Source: Desulfovibrio sp.
GTDB lineage: Bacteria; Desulfobacterota; Desulfovibrionia; Desulfovibrionales; Desulfovibrionaceae
Length of the DNA stretch: 64,000 nt
NCBI GenBank assembly: GCA_022839785.1
Contig: JALHJW010000010.1
Span: 23,669-87,668 of the forward strand
Reading direction: 5' to 3'
Part shown: piece by piece, positions 31,436-40,973 of the stretch
Numbering within the stretch: position 1 is the stretch's first letter
Layout: each line of letters begins with the position of its first letter
The notes under the pieces: generated by a model
The model's database searches: none
What the model saw: the letters and a program-made list of their open reading frames with translations, nothing else
Told to the model about the DNA's origin: nothing
Position numbers and translations under genes: made by a program

Positions 31436-31511
<76 letters not shown>

Positions 31512-31519
31512 CGAAAGTC

Positions 31520-31550
31520 AAAGCCTTGGTTCGCCAAGGCTTTTTCTTTT
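31520..31550 (+). terminator. Intrinsic terminator after tRNA-Val
   Basis: aagccttgg-TTCG-ccaaggctt followed by ttttctttt. Confidence 0.85.
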
Positions 31551-31553
31551 CGG

Positions 31554-31681
31554 GGCAGGTCGCTCAAAGAGCGCCATCTGCGGCGTTGCCGCGGGGAATG
31601 CAAACCCTTGCGTACCGGGAGTGCGCGGCGGGCTTGAATTCCCCTTGCGCCTTGCATCTGACGCTCTTTGAGCGACCTGCC
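31554..31681. repeat. MITE/REP-like palindromic element (128 bp)
   Basis: Perfect 20-bp terminal inverted repeats (31554-31573 / 31662-31681) enclosing a nested internal hairpin; no ORF. Confidence 0.7.
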
Positions 31682-31874
31682 GGACTGTTGCGCCAACGCC
31701 CTTCGCGGCGTCGTCGCGGGGAGGTTCGTCCGGTCGCGGGGGTGCGGCGCGGAGGTCGGGGATGCAAGGGGCCCCGGCCCCCTTGCCCCGTGTCCGTCAA
31801 CGACGTTCAGGCCGCTCAAAAAAACGCCCGCCGTGTTGCGTTCCGGCGGGCTGGCCGCTAGGGGAGTCCTCCAT

Positions 31875-32330
31875 ATGCAGATCGTCCTTTACGAGCCCGA
31901 AATACCCCCCAACACCGGCAGCATCGCCCGGCTCTGCGCCGCCACGGACACGCCGCTGCACCTCGTGGGCAGGCTCGGCTTCTCGCTGGAGGACCGCTAT
32001 CTGAGGCGGGCGGGGCTGGACTACTGGCCCGAGGTCAGGCTGTCGGTCTGGGAGACCTGGGAGGCTTTCGAGGCCGGAGTCAGGCCGCCGCGCATCGTCC
32101 TGTCCAGCGCGCGGCAGGGCCAGGCGCACCACGAGTTCGCCTTCCGGCCGGACGACTGCATCGTGCTCGGCTGCGAAACCGACGGCCTGCCGGCCTGGTT
32201 CTTCACGCGCTATCCCGACCACGTGCGCATCCCCATCTGGGGCAAGGTGCGCAGCATCAACATCGCCAACGCCGCCTCGGTCCTGCTCTACGAGGCCTAC
32301 CGCGGCACCGGCGGCCTTGCGGGCCGCTGA
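31875..32330 (+). CDS. trmL: tRNA (cytidine/uridine34-2'-O)-methyltransferase TrmL
   Basis: IVLYEPEIPPNTG, RRAGLDYW, GCETDGL, RSINIANA (SPOUT). Confidence 0.93.
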   Translation: MQIVLYEPEIPPNTGSIARLCAATDTPLHLVGRLGFSLEDRYLRRAGLDYWPEVRLSVWETWEAFEAGVRPPRIVLSSARQGQAHHEFAFRPDDCIVLGCETDGLPAWFFTRYPDHVRIPIWGKVRSINIANAASVLLYEAYRGTGGLAGR

Positions 32331-32339
32331 CCTGGGAAT

Positions 32340-33383
32340 TCAGGGCTTTTTCGCCGCCCCGGGCTTCTTTTCCGGCTCCTGGGCCGGTCTGCTTGACTGC
32401 ACGGGCAGGGGGTGGGGCATGCCGTTTTCCTTGAAGAAACGCGCCGCGCCCGGATGCAGGGGGATGGAGACGCCGGTCAGGGCCTTGGGCAGCGCGGTTT
32501 CGCGGGCCGTGGGCGTGGCCGCGCGCAACGCCTCGAGCCCTTTTTGCGAGAAGACCGCCTTGAGCGCGGCGTAGACCGTGTCGCTGGGCACGTCCTTGTG
32601 CGCGCACCACAGCGAGGAGTCCTGGAAGGTCTGCATCGCGGCCGTCTGGCCGGGGTAGGTCCCGGCCGGGATGATGGTCCGGGCGTAGAAGGGGAAGGCC
32701 GCGAGAAATCCCGAGCGCTCGGCCTCCTCCCCCAGGTCGAGAAGTTTGACCGGCACGCGGGTCGCTGCCTCCTGGACCGCGGCGTTGGGCCAGCCCACCA
32801 GCACCCAGAAGGCGTCGATGCGCCCGTCGGCCAGGGCCTCCGCCGCGGCGGAATAGCCCAGGTGCTGCTTCCTCATGCCCTCCCACAGGCCGAGATGGCC
32901 GAAGAACCGCTGGGCGGACACGGCCGCGCCCGAGCCCTGGTTGCCCACGGCCACCCGTTTGTCCGCAAGCCCCTGCAGGCCGGATATGCCCGCGTCCGCC
33001 CGGACCACGAGCTGGGCGGGCGCGCCGTACAGGCAGGCCACGGCGCGCACGTTCCCGCGGCGCGCCGGATCGTCCGGCAGTTTGCCCTCGCGGCCGAGGT
33101 GGGCGTCTCCGGCATAGACGATGCCGAAGCTCAGCGCTCCCGTGTCCAGTCCCTGCAGGTTGGCTCCGGAGCCGCCCGTGCCTTCCACGCTGATCTCAAG
33201 CTGCGGCGCGCTCTTGCCGATCTGCAGGGCCAGGGCCGTGGCGAAGGCGTTGTAGGCCCCGCCCACCGGGCCGCCGCCGAAGACCAGGGCGGTCCTGCCG
33301 GGAGCGGCGGCGTCCGCGTCGCGCGCGGCGGGGCCGGACGCGAGGAGGCAGAGGAGCAGGACAAGGAAGCGGGCGGGACGCAT
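32340..33383 (-). CDS. TAXI family TRAP transporter solute-binding subunit
   Basis: Signal peptide; GGGPVGGAY, GTGGSGANL, GNQGSG, IPAGTYPG, PLHPGA. Confidence 0.9.
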   Translation of the reverse strand: MRPARFLVLLLCLLASGPAARDADAAAPGRTALVFGGGPVGGAYNAFATALALQIGKSAPQLEISVEGTGGSGANLQGLDTGALSFGIVYAGDAHLGREGKLPDDPARRGNVRAVACLYGAPAQLVVRADAGISGLQGLADKRVAVGNQGSGAAVSAQRFFGHLGLWEGMRKQHLGYSAAAEALADGRIDAFWVLVGWPNAAVQEAATRVPVKLLDLGEEAERSGFLAAFPFYARTIIPAGTYPGQTAAMQTFQDSSLWCAHKDVPSDTVYAALKAVFSQKGLEALRAATPTARETALPKALTGVSIPLHPGAARFFKENGMPHPLPVQSSRPAQEPEKKPGAAKKP

Positions 33384-33566
33384 GGCACTCCCCCGGGCGT
33401 TGCTGTTCAGCGGGACGCCGCTTTGTAGCAGTCCGCAGGGGCGAAGTCGAGGCCGCCGCGAGATGGCGGGGTTCAGCCCGCGAGGGGCTGGATTTGCCCG
33501 GCCGCATGCCGCATAGTCGCCTCTCCCCGGAGACGCGGCGCGCGCGGCGCGGGGACGAGGACGCGG

Positions 33567-34514
33567 ATGTTCGACTTTCCCGGCTGCTGGCTCCCTCTTC
33601 TGGCCCTGGCCCTCGACCTTGCCGTGGGCGATCCCCATGCCTGGCCGCATCCCGTGCGCCTTCTGGGCCGTCTGCTGGCGGCGGAGGAGACTCTGGCGCG
33701 CCGTCTGCCCGAAACCTGGCAGTGGATCGCGGGCATCGCCCTGACCTTCGGCAACGCCGCCCTGGCCTTCCTCGCCGCGCGGCTACTCACGTCCCTGCCG
33801 CTGCTGGGCGGGCTGGCCGCGCTCTACCTGTGCTTCGCCGGTCTGGCCCTGGGCCAGCTCCTGCGCGAGGGGCGGGCCGTGGCCCGCGCCCTGGACGCGG
33901 ACAGCCTGGACGAGGCCCGCCGCCTGTTGGCCGGGCTCGTGACGCGCGACACGGCGGCCATGCAGGCGCGGGAGATGCGCAGGGTCCTGGCCGAGACTCT
34001 GTCCGAGAACCTCTGCGACGGCCTGGTCGCCCCCTTCCTGTATCTGGTCCTGGGAGGCCCGGCGTTGCTCTGGGCGTACAAGACGGTTTCGACCATGGAT
34101 TCCATGTGGGGCTACCGCACCCCTCGTTTCCTGCGTCTGGGCTTCGGCTGCGCCCGGGCGGACGACGCGCTGGCCTTTGTTCCAGCCCGGCTCACGGCCT
34201 TCGCCATCCTCGCGGCGGGCCGCTGCATGGGGATGCGGGCGCGGGGCGGCTGGGCCATGGTGCGCCGCGACGCCGCGCGCATGGACAGTCCCAACGCGGG
34301 CTGGCCCATGGCCGCCGCGGCCTGGGTCATGGACGCAGCCATGGGCGGGCCTGCGGTATACTTCGGAAAACCTGTTGCAAAACCCCTTCTCGGCCCTCAA
34401 GACGGTGTCTGGACAGGCGAAAAAACACGTCGCTTGGAGCGCCTCCTGGCCGTGGCAGGAGTGGGGGCGTGTCTGGCCATGCTGGCCGGTGCGGCGCTCG
34501 TAGCCTGGGTGTGA
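33567..34514 (+). CDS. cbiB: Adenosylcobinamide-phosphate synthase CbiB/CobD
   Basis: GDPHAWPHPV, VTRDT, ETLSENLCDG, YKTVSTMDSMWGY, SPNAGWPMAA. Confidence 0.94.
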   Translation: MFDFPGCWLPLLALALDLAVGDPHAWPHPVRLLGRLLAAEETLARRLPETWQWIAGIALTFGNAALAFLAARLLTSLPLLGGLAALYLCFAGLALGQLLREGRAVARALDADSLDEARRLLAGLVTRDTAAMQAREMRRVLAETLSENLCDGLVAPFLYLVLGGPALLWAYKTVSTMDSMWGYRTPRFLRLGFGCARADDALAFVPARLTAFAILAAGRCMGMRARGGWAMVRRDAARMDSPNAGWPMAAAAWVMDAAMGGPAVYFGKPVAKPLLGPQDGVWTGEKTRRLERLLAVAGVGACLAMLAGAALVAWV

Positions 34515-34994
34515 TGCTGCCGTTGTGCCCCTCTGCGGCGGCTACGCAGGGCGACGATGCAAGGACCCGCACTGCAGTCGCCGTTGCTGTTCGCGAGGGG
34601 CTGCCCCGCAGCCTTTTTCCGCCTCTTGACCAACCGTTCGATGGAGCGTTCAGCCCCCTCCACGTTGCCGGAATGCACCCCTGACGCAGTCCTTTCGTCC
34701 CATTTCCGGGATGCCGTGCAGGAGACGTTTTCATGTCCGGCGAATGCTCCGTTCCCCCGGGTGAGAAGGGGGTCGATCGACATGCTGCAGCAAAAAAAAT
34801 CCTCTCTGATGTGATTTTTTGTCTCTTGTAGTGATGGAACATATTGCCAAGTTGTGTTGCCTTGTACTATTGCAAAACTCGCTCTTACATGAAAACTGTC
34901 CGCGAGACGGGGCAACTGCCGGACGGAAGAATCCGGTCGGGCGCGGAGCGGCGGACGAAAATTTCCGTTGAAGAAGAGAGGAAGGAGAGGACAA

Positions 34995-35390
34995 ATGGAT
35001 GATTTTCTGAAAGAGGCGCTTGAGATCGTGAAGGCTCAGGCCAGCGTCCGCACCATGACCGAGGACGAGATGCTGTCCATGGTCCGGACCATCGCCAACG
35101 GCATCCAGAACATGGGCGGCCAGCGTTGCGAGGAGGAGGAGGGCGAGATCTCCGCCGATCCGAAGAAGGCTGTGAAGGAGAAGTCCATCCAGTGCCTGGA
35201 GTGCGGCAAGGCGTTCAAGATCCTGACCAAGAAGCACCTGGGCACCCACAATCTCACTCCGGACGAGTACCGCGCCAAGTACGGCTACCCCAAGAAGGCC
35301 GCCCTGGTCTGCAAGTCCCTGCAGCGCGAGCGCCGCAAGAAGATGAAGGACATGAAGCTGTGGGAGAAGCGCACCGGCCGCAAGAAGTAG
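34995..35390 (+). CDS. Ros/MucR family Zn-finger transcriptional regulator
   Basis: IQCLECGKAFKIL.KKHL..H.LTPDEYRAKYG; strong purine-rich RBS before ATG 34995. Confidence 0.92.
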   Translation: MDDFLKEALEIVKAQASVRTMTEDEMLSMVRTIANGIQNMGGQRCEEEEGEISADPKKAVKEKSIQCLECGKAFKILTKKHLGTHNLTPDEYRAKYGYPKKAALVCKSLQRERRKKMKDMKLWEKRTGRKK

Positions 35391-35417
35391 GCCCGGCGCA
35401 TCCCGGCCCGTTTTCCG

Positions 35418-35446
35418 AAAGCCCCCGCTCCGGCGGGGGCTTTTTC
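35418..35446 (+). terminator. Intrinsic terminator after the MucR-family gene
   Basis: aaagcccccgc-tccg-gcgggggcttttt. Confidence 0.88.
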
Positions 35447-35547
35447 GTGGAGAATGACGTGAAAGGGCCGCAAAAAGACGCGGCCGGGCGGCGGGCTCGT
35501 CGCCCGCCGTCCGGCCCTGCCGGCGTCCGCGGCAGAGTCTCTTTCGC

Positions 35548-36345
35548 TTACGTTCCCAGCTCCCTGCTGCGCTCGAAGGAGGCGCGCACGGCATCGATGA
35601 TGTGGCCGCGCACGCCGGTGCGGTCCATGTGGATGAGGGCCGCGATGGTCGTGCCCGCCGGGCTGGTGACCATCTCGCGCAGCACGGAGAGGTGGCGGCC
35701 GTCCTGCTCCGCCAGGGCGCAGGAGCCCGAGACCAGGGCCTTGACCATCTGCGTGGCCCCGTCGCGGCTCAGCCCCAGGGTCACGCCCGCCTCGATGAGC
35801 GCCTCCATGAAGTGGAAGACGTAGGCCGGGCCGGAGCCCACCACCGCGGTGAAGGCGTCCAGGTCCTTTTCCGCCAGTTCATGGACCTGCCCCACGGCCG
35901 CGAAGATGCCGCGCACCACGTCGCGGTCCGCCTCGTCCAGCCCCTCGGCGTCGCCCAGGCAGACGGCCGAGACGCCCTTGCCGACCATGGCCGGGGTGTT
36001 GGGCATGATGCGCACCACCGGGCAGACGCCCCCGGACCATTCGCGCAGCCGGGCCGTGGTCAGTCCGGCGGCGATGGACAGGAGGCGCTTGTCCGGCGTG
36101 AGCGCGGGCGCGAGGCCCGCGAGCAGGGCCTGCATGTGCTGCGGCTTCACGGCCAGGACGATGTAGCGGCTCTTGGCGACCGTCTCCGCCGGGGAGGCGC
36201 AGGGCGTGAGGCACGCGTCCCTGGCCAGCTCCTGCAGTTTTTCCTGGTTCAGGTCCGTGCCGAAGAGCGCGTGGCCCGATGCGGCGAGTCCCCTGATGAT
36301 GGCCGAGCCCATGTTGCCCGTGCCGATGAAGCCGATGGAAGCCAT
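35548..36345 (-). CDS. proC: Pyrroline-5-carboxylate reductase
   Basis: [42 protein letters not shown]. Confidence 0.96.
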   Translation of the reverse strand: MASIGFIGTGNMGSAIIRGLAASGHALFGTDLNQEKLQELARDACLTPCASPAETVAKSRYIVLAVKPQHMQALLAGLAPALTPDKRLLSIAAGLTTARLREWSGGVCPVVRIMPNTPAMVGKGVSAVCLGDAEGLDEADRDVVRGIFAAVGQVHELAEKDLDAFTAVVGSGPAYVFHFMEALIEAGVTLGLSRDGATQMVKALVSGSCALAEQDGRHLSVLREMVTSPAGTTIAALIHMDRTGVRGHIIDAVRASFERSRELGT

Positions 36346-36349
36346 GGTT

Positions 36350-36769
36350 CTACCCCACGATTTCAAGCTGGTTGAAGAAGTAGGAGATCTCGAAGGCGGC
36401 GGTCTCGGGCGCGTCGGAGCCGTGCACCGAGTTGGCCTCGATGTTCTGGGCGAAGGCCTTGCGGATGGTGCCGGCCTCGGCCTTCTCGGGGTTGGTGGCG
36501 CCCATCAGGGCGCGGTAGCGGGCGATGGCGTCCTCGCCTTCGAGCACCGAGACGAGCACCGGGCCCGAGCACATGAAGGCGCACAGGTCGTTGTAGAAGG
36601 GGCGCTCCTTGTGCACGGCGTAGAAGCCGCCCGCCTGCTCCTTGGAGAGCTTCAGGCGCTTCATGGCCACGACCTTCAGCCCCGCCTCCTGGATCATCTT
36701 CAGGATCGCGCCGTCGAGGTTCCTGGCGGTGGCGTCGGGTTTGATGATGGACAGGGTGCGCTGGGTCAT
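36350..36769 (-). CDS. ndk: Nucleoside diphosphate kinase
   Basis: [30 protein letters not shown]. Confidence 0.97.
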   Translation of the reverse strand: MTQRTLSIIKPDATARNLDGAILKMIQEAGLKVVAMKRLKLSKEQAGGFYAVHKERPFYNDLCAFMCSGPVLVSVLEGEDAIARYRALMGATNPEKAEAGTIRKAFAQNIEANSVHGSDAPETAAFEISYFFNQLEIVG

Positions 36770-36814
36770 TCTTTTCCTCCAGGACGGGTTGTCGGGTTGA
36801 TGGAAACGACGGAT

Positions 36815-37609
36815 CTAAACGAGAAGCATCTTGTCCGACGAGAAGGTCTCGCCCTTGATTGCGTAGAAGCGGGCCAGGAGGTCCTGCACGCGGAGATTCT
36901 CCTTCTCCGCCCCCCTGATGTCCAGGATGATCTCGCCGCGGTGCAGCATGATCAGCCGGTTGCCGAGCGCGAGGGCCTGGTTCATGTTGTGCGTGACCAT
37001 GAGCGTGGTCAGACGGCGTTCGCGCACGATGCGCTCGGTCAGCTCCAGGATGTGGTTCGCGGTCTTGGGATCCAGGGCCGCTGTGTGCTCGTCGAGCAAC
37101 AGCACGCGCGGCTCGGCCATGGTGGCCATGAGCATGGTCAGGGACTGGCGCTGGCCGCCCGAAAGCAGACCCACGCGGTCGTGCAGGCGATTTTCCAGCC
37201 CCAGGCCGATCTGGGCGAGCTGGGCGCGGAAGAACTCGCGGTCCCCCGCCTTGACGCCCGCCGCGAGGCCGCGGGTCAGGCCGCGCCTTTGGGCCAGGGC
37301 CATGTTCTGCTCGATGGTCATGGAGGCGCAGGTGCCCAGCAGCGGGTCCTGGAAGACGCGGCCGATGAACTTGGCGCGCCGGTGCTCGGGGAGACGGGTG
37401 ATCTCCTCGCCGTCCAGGAGCAGGCGGCCCGAGTCGGGGAGAAAGCCGCCCGCGACGCCCGTGAGCAGGGTGGACTTGCCCGCGCCGTTGGAGCCGATGA
37501 TGGTGATGAAGTCGCCCTTCTCCACCTCCAGGCTGACGCCGTTCAGGGCCAGCACCTCGTTGACGCCGCCCTTGTGGAAGTATTTGACGATCCTGTCTAG
37601 GACGAGCAT
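36815..37609 (-). CDS. ABC transporter ATP-binding protein
   Basis: [36 protein letters not shown]. Confidence 0.93.
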   Translation of the reverse strand: MLVLDRIVKYFHKGGVNEVLALNGVSLEVEKGDFITIIGSNGAGKSTLLTGVAGGFLPDSGRLLLDGEEITRLPEHRRAKFIGRVFQDPLLGTCASMTIEQNMALAQRRGLTRGLAAGVKAGDREFFRAQLAQIGLGLENRLHDRVGLLSGGQRQSLTMLMATMAEPRVLLLDEHTAALDPKTANHILELTERIVRERRLTTLMVTHNMNQALALGNRLIMLHRGEIILDIRGAEKENLRVQDLLARFYAIKGETFSSDKMLLV

Positions 37610-38490
37610 CGCGCAAGTCCTTTCCTGATCCGGGGGGCGACGAGGGCCAGGACCACGAGCACGGCGGTGACGAGCTTGAGGTCGCTGGGCTGGAAGGAGA
37701 AGTCTCCGATCTTCAGGGACAGGGCGAAGGCGATGGCCAGGCGGTAGAGCACCGAACCGGCCACGGCCGCGACGAGGGCCCGCGCCACGGTGCGGCAGCC
37801 GAACAGGGTCTCGCCGATGATCACCGAGGCCAGCCCCGCCACGATGGTGCCCACGCCCATGTTCACGTCGGCCGCGCCCTGGTTCTGGGCGATGAGCCCG
37901 CCCGCCAGGGCGACGAGGGCGTTGGAGAGGCCCACGCTGCCGATGATCACGATGTCCGTGTCCACCCCGAGGCTGCGGATCATCTGCGGATTGTCGCCCG
38001 TGGCCAGCATGGTCTGGCCGATCTCGGTGCGCAGGAACCAGAGCAGCGCCGCGACGGCCGCCGCGGCGAAGCAGGCGAAGAGCGCCGTCGAGGCCAGGTG
38101 CGGGGGAAGCCCCAGCGCCGCGACCGCGTCCATGACCGTGGGCTTGCCGAGCAGGGTCAGATTCGGCCTGCCCATGATCCGGATGGTGATGGAGTAGAGC
38201 GCGATCATGGTCAGGATGCTGGCCAGCAGATGCAGGATCTTGAACTTGGTGTTCAGGATTCCGGTCACGGCCCCGGCCAGGAAGCCCGCGCCCGCGGCGA
38301 AGGTCAGGGCCAGAAAGGGGTCGTGCCCGGCGGTGATGGCCACCGAGGCCACGGCCGCGCCCAAGGGCAGGGAGCCGTCCACCGTGAGGTCGGGAAAATC
38401 GAGGACGCGGAAGGTGAGGTAGACGCCCAGGACCATCAGTCCGTAGACGAAGCCCTGTTCCAGCGCGCCGAGGAATGCGTAAGTCGTCAT
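37597..38490 (-). CDS. ABC transporter permease (amino-acid importer type)
   Basis: [39 protein letters not shown]. Confidence 0.92.
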   Translation of the reverse strand: MTTYAFLGALEQGFVYGLMVLGVYLTFRVLDFPDLTVDGSLPLGAAVASVAITAGHDPFLALTFAAGAGFLAGAVTGILNTKFKILHLLASILTMIALYSITIRIMGRPNLTLLGKPTVMDAVAALGLPPHLASTALFACFAAAAVAALLWFLRTEIGQTMLATGDNPQMIRSLGVDTDIVIIGSVGLSNALVALAGGLIAQNQGAADVNMGVGTIVAGLASVIIGETLFGCRTVARALVAAVAGSVLYRLAIAFALSLKIGDFSFQPSDLKLVTAVLVVLALVAPRIRKGLARCSS

Positions 38491-38545
38491 GTCGTCCGTC
38501 TTTCGGGAGGGGCGCGGTCCGTCCACACTCCGGGATGCCTGGGGG

Positions 38546-39496
38546 CTAGCGGATGACCTTGTCGGCCCGCCTGACCAGCGCCTCGGGCAGGGTCACTCCG
38601 TATCTGGCGGCGGCCGGGAGGTTCACGTAAAGTTGCAGGTCGCGCAGGCTCTCCACCGGCATGTCGGCGGGCTTCGCGCCGTCCTTGAGAATGCGCACGG
38701 CCATCTCGCCGGTCTGCACGCCCATGCGGCGGTAGTCCACGGCCACGGCGGCCAGCGCGCCGCGCTGCACCGTGTCGGTGTCCGCGGCGAAGAGCGGGAT
38801 TCTCGCCTCCTCGCAGACCTTGACCACGGACTCCAGCACCGCCACCACGGTGCTGTCCGTGGGCACGGTGACGGCGTCCACCTTGCCGACCAGGGATTTG
38901 GCCGCGGCGTAGACCTCGGCCGAGGTGGAGACGGTGCGCGCCTCCACGGCGAGTCCGAGCTTGGCGCACTCGGCCTTGATCTGCCCGAAGGAGATCACGG
39001 AGTTGGGTTCGCCCGCGTTGTAGAGCACGCCGATGGTCCTGGCCGCGGGGAGAATCTCCCTGATCAACGCCATCTGCCGGTCCACGGGCGACTTGTCGGT
39101 CATGCCCGAGACGTTGCCCCCCGGTTTCTCCATGTTCTTCACGAGGCCCGCGGCCAGGGGGTCGGTGATTCCGGTGAAGAGCACCGGGATGTCCTTGATC
39201 TTCTGGACCACGGCCTGGGCCGTGGGCGTGGCGATGGCCAGGATCAGGTCCGGCCTGTCGCCCCGGATCTGGTTGGCGATCTGGACGGCCATGTCCATGG
39301 AGCCCTGCGCGGTGTAGACCTTGTACTCGACCTCCAGGCCCCTGGCCTTCAGAGTCTCCCTGAAGCCCTCGCGCATGGCGTCCAGGGAGGGATGTTCGAC
39401 GATCTGGGTGGTGCAGACGAGAAGCTTCCCGGCCATGGCCGGGACAGGGAGCAGGAGTGCGGCGACGAGCGCCAGGGCGCTGAGAGGGTTCTTCAT
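38546..39496 (-). CDS. ABC transporter substrate-binding protein (ABC_sub_bind type, aromatic amino acid-like)
   Basis: Signal peptide; QIVEHPSLD, AIATPTAQ, NVSGMTD, IGVLYNAGEPNS. Confidence 0.9.
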   Translation of the reverse strand: MKNPLSALALVAALLLPVPAMAGKLLVCTTQIVEHPSLDAMREGFRETLKARGLEVEYKVYTAQGSMDMAVQIANQIRGDRPDLILAIATPTAQAVVQKIKDIPVLFTGITDPLAAGLVKNMEKPGGNVSGMTDKSPVDRQMALIREILPAARTIGVLYNAGEPNSVISFGQIKAECAKLGLAVEARTVSTSAEVYAAAKSLVGKVDAVTVPTDSTVVAVLESVVKVCEEARIPLFAADTDTVQRGALAAVAVDYRRMGVQTGEMAVRILKDGAKPADMPVESLRDLQLYVNLPAAARYGVTLPEALVRRADKVIR

Positions 39497-39628
39497 GATG
39501 CGGCTCCGGATGGTCTGTTCGGCAAGCGCGGGCTGCGGCCGCGCAAAAACGCGGCACGATGTCCGAAAACGAATATTTTTTGCCTTTTTCCAGCCGTCAG
39601 TCAAGCGCCCGGCCAGGGAGAACCGCCG

Positions 39629-40939
39629 CTACTGCCGGGCGGCCACGCCCGTGCGGGAGAGGTCGCGGGTCAGTCCGGCCACCGGGACCATGCGCAGGCC
39701 CGGCGCGGCCTCCTCGGCGAAACGCCGGAGCGCGGCCAGGGTGGCGGCGTGGGGGTGGCCGATGGCCACGGCCGAGCCGTGCTTGAGCGCCATGTTCTCG
39801 GCCTTCTGCAACTGGTGGAAGATCGCGTTCTCCTCGGCGATGTTGTCCAGGAAGACTTGGCGGCCCACGAAGGGCACGCCGTATTCCGCGGCCGCGCCCC
39901 TGGCCGCGGAGCGGGCGTTGGTGCGGCTGTCCAGGAAGAAGAGGCCCTTGGCCTTGAGCACGGACATGACCAGACGCATGCCGCGCGCCGAGCCGGTGAA
40001 CCTGGAGCCCATGTGGTTGTTCATGCCGATGGCTTCCGGCACCAGGGCGATGTTCTTCTCCAGCATGCGCACGATCTCCTGGTCGCTCATGCGGGTCAGG
40101 ACCACGCCGGGGCCGGGGGTGATGCGCGGATAGTTGTCCGGCTCCATCGGCTGGTGGATGATCACGTCGCGGCCGTGCTTTTGGGCGATGCGGGCCACGG
40201 CCCGGGTGTGCGAGGCCTGGGGCCAGACGGCGAAGGTCACGGGGTAGGGGAGTCGGGCCAGGGCCTCGGCGAAGGCCACGTTCTCGCCCAGGTCGTCGAT
40301 GACGATGGCCAGCACGCCGCTGCCCGAGGGGCGCTGGATCGCGGCGGCCGGTCCGTCCGGCGGGGCGAAGCGCAGGGTGTGCGTCTCGCGGCCCAGCAGG
40401 GCGACATGCAGCAGGCCGTCCCCGAAGAGGCTGAGCGAGGCGTCCGGAGCCCAGCGCCGCAGGTGCGGACCCAGGGCCTCGGCGAATCCTTCCGCGCCGC
40501 GGCCGTATTGGATGAAAATGGACTGCACCAGATAGTCGAGATCATCCTCGTGGCGGTGGCTGACCTCGCTGAGGCTGTAGCGCTCCGGACCGAGGCCGAG
40601 CTGGCGCAGGGTCAGGAGCAGGGCGTAGTCCACGCGCTTGAGTTCGTCCTCGAAGCCCGGGGCCGCGTCCTCCTCGTAGGGCTGGCCGCTCTGGGGGACC
40701 TCCGGCGCGGGCGCGGCGGGGATGTCCGGCGCGGACGGCGCGGCGCGCGGGCTCTCGGCCGGGGAAGGAAGGCGCGAGGTCGCGGGGATTCCCGGCAGCC
40801 AGGGGCCGAAGAAGAGGACCAGGGTCAGCAGGAGGCCGAAGCCCGCCGCCGCTGCGGCCAGCCACGGCCAGTTCCGCCGCAGGAACCCCTGCGGCGGAGG
40901 CGTCTTTTTCCCCCCGGAACCAGAAGCCTTGCGCGCCAT
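39629..40939 (-). CDS. Divergent polysaccharide deacetylase family protein (YibQ-like)
   Basis: N-terminal TM; IVIDDLG, HQPMEP, GMNNHMGS, FFLDSRT, FLD, AIGHP. Confidence 0.9.
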   Translation of the reverse strand: MARKASGSGGKKTPPPQGFLRRNWPWLAAAAAGFGLLLTLVLFFGPWLPGIPATSRLPSPAESPRAAPSAPDIPAAPAPEVPQSGQPYEEDAAPGFEDELKRVDYALLLTLRQLGLGPERYSLSEVSHRHEDDLDYLVQSIFIQYGRGAEGFAEALGPHLRRWAPDASLSLFGDGLLHVALLGRETHTLRFAPPDGPAAAIQRPSGSGVLAIVIDDLGENVAFAEALARLPYPVTFAVWPQASHTRAVARIAQKHGRDVIIHQPMEPDNYPRITPGPGVVLTRMSDQEIVRMLEKNIALVPEAIGMNNHMGSRFTGSARGMRLVMSVLKAKGLFFLDSRTNARSAARGAAAEYGVPFVGRQVFLDNIAEENAIFHQLQKAENMALKHGSAVAIGHPHAATLAALRRFAEEAAPGLRMVPVAGLTRDLSRTGVAARQ

Positions 40940-40973
40940 TGCTCCGCCGTCCGCCTCCGCCGGTCCCGGATCC

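Noticed and set aside
34692-34715. Minus-strand GGCATCCCGGAAATGGGACGAAAG resembling c-di-GMP-I riboswitch P2
   Set aside because: Lacks the GCAAA/GACGC bulge pattern and the second stem; no gene downstream on that strand
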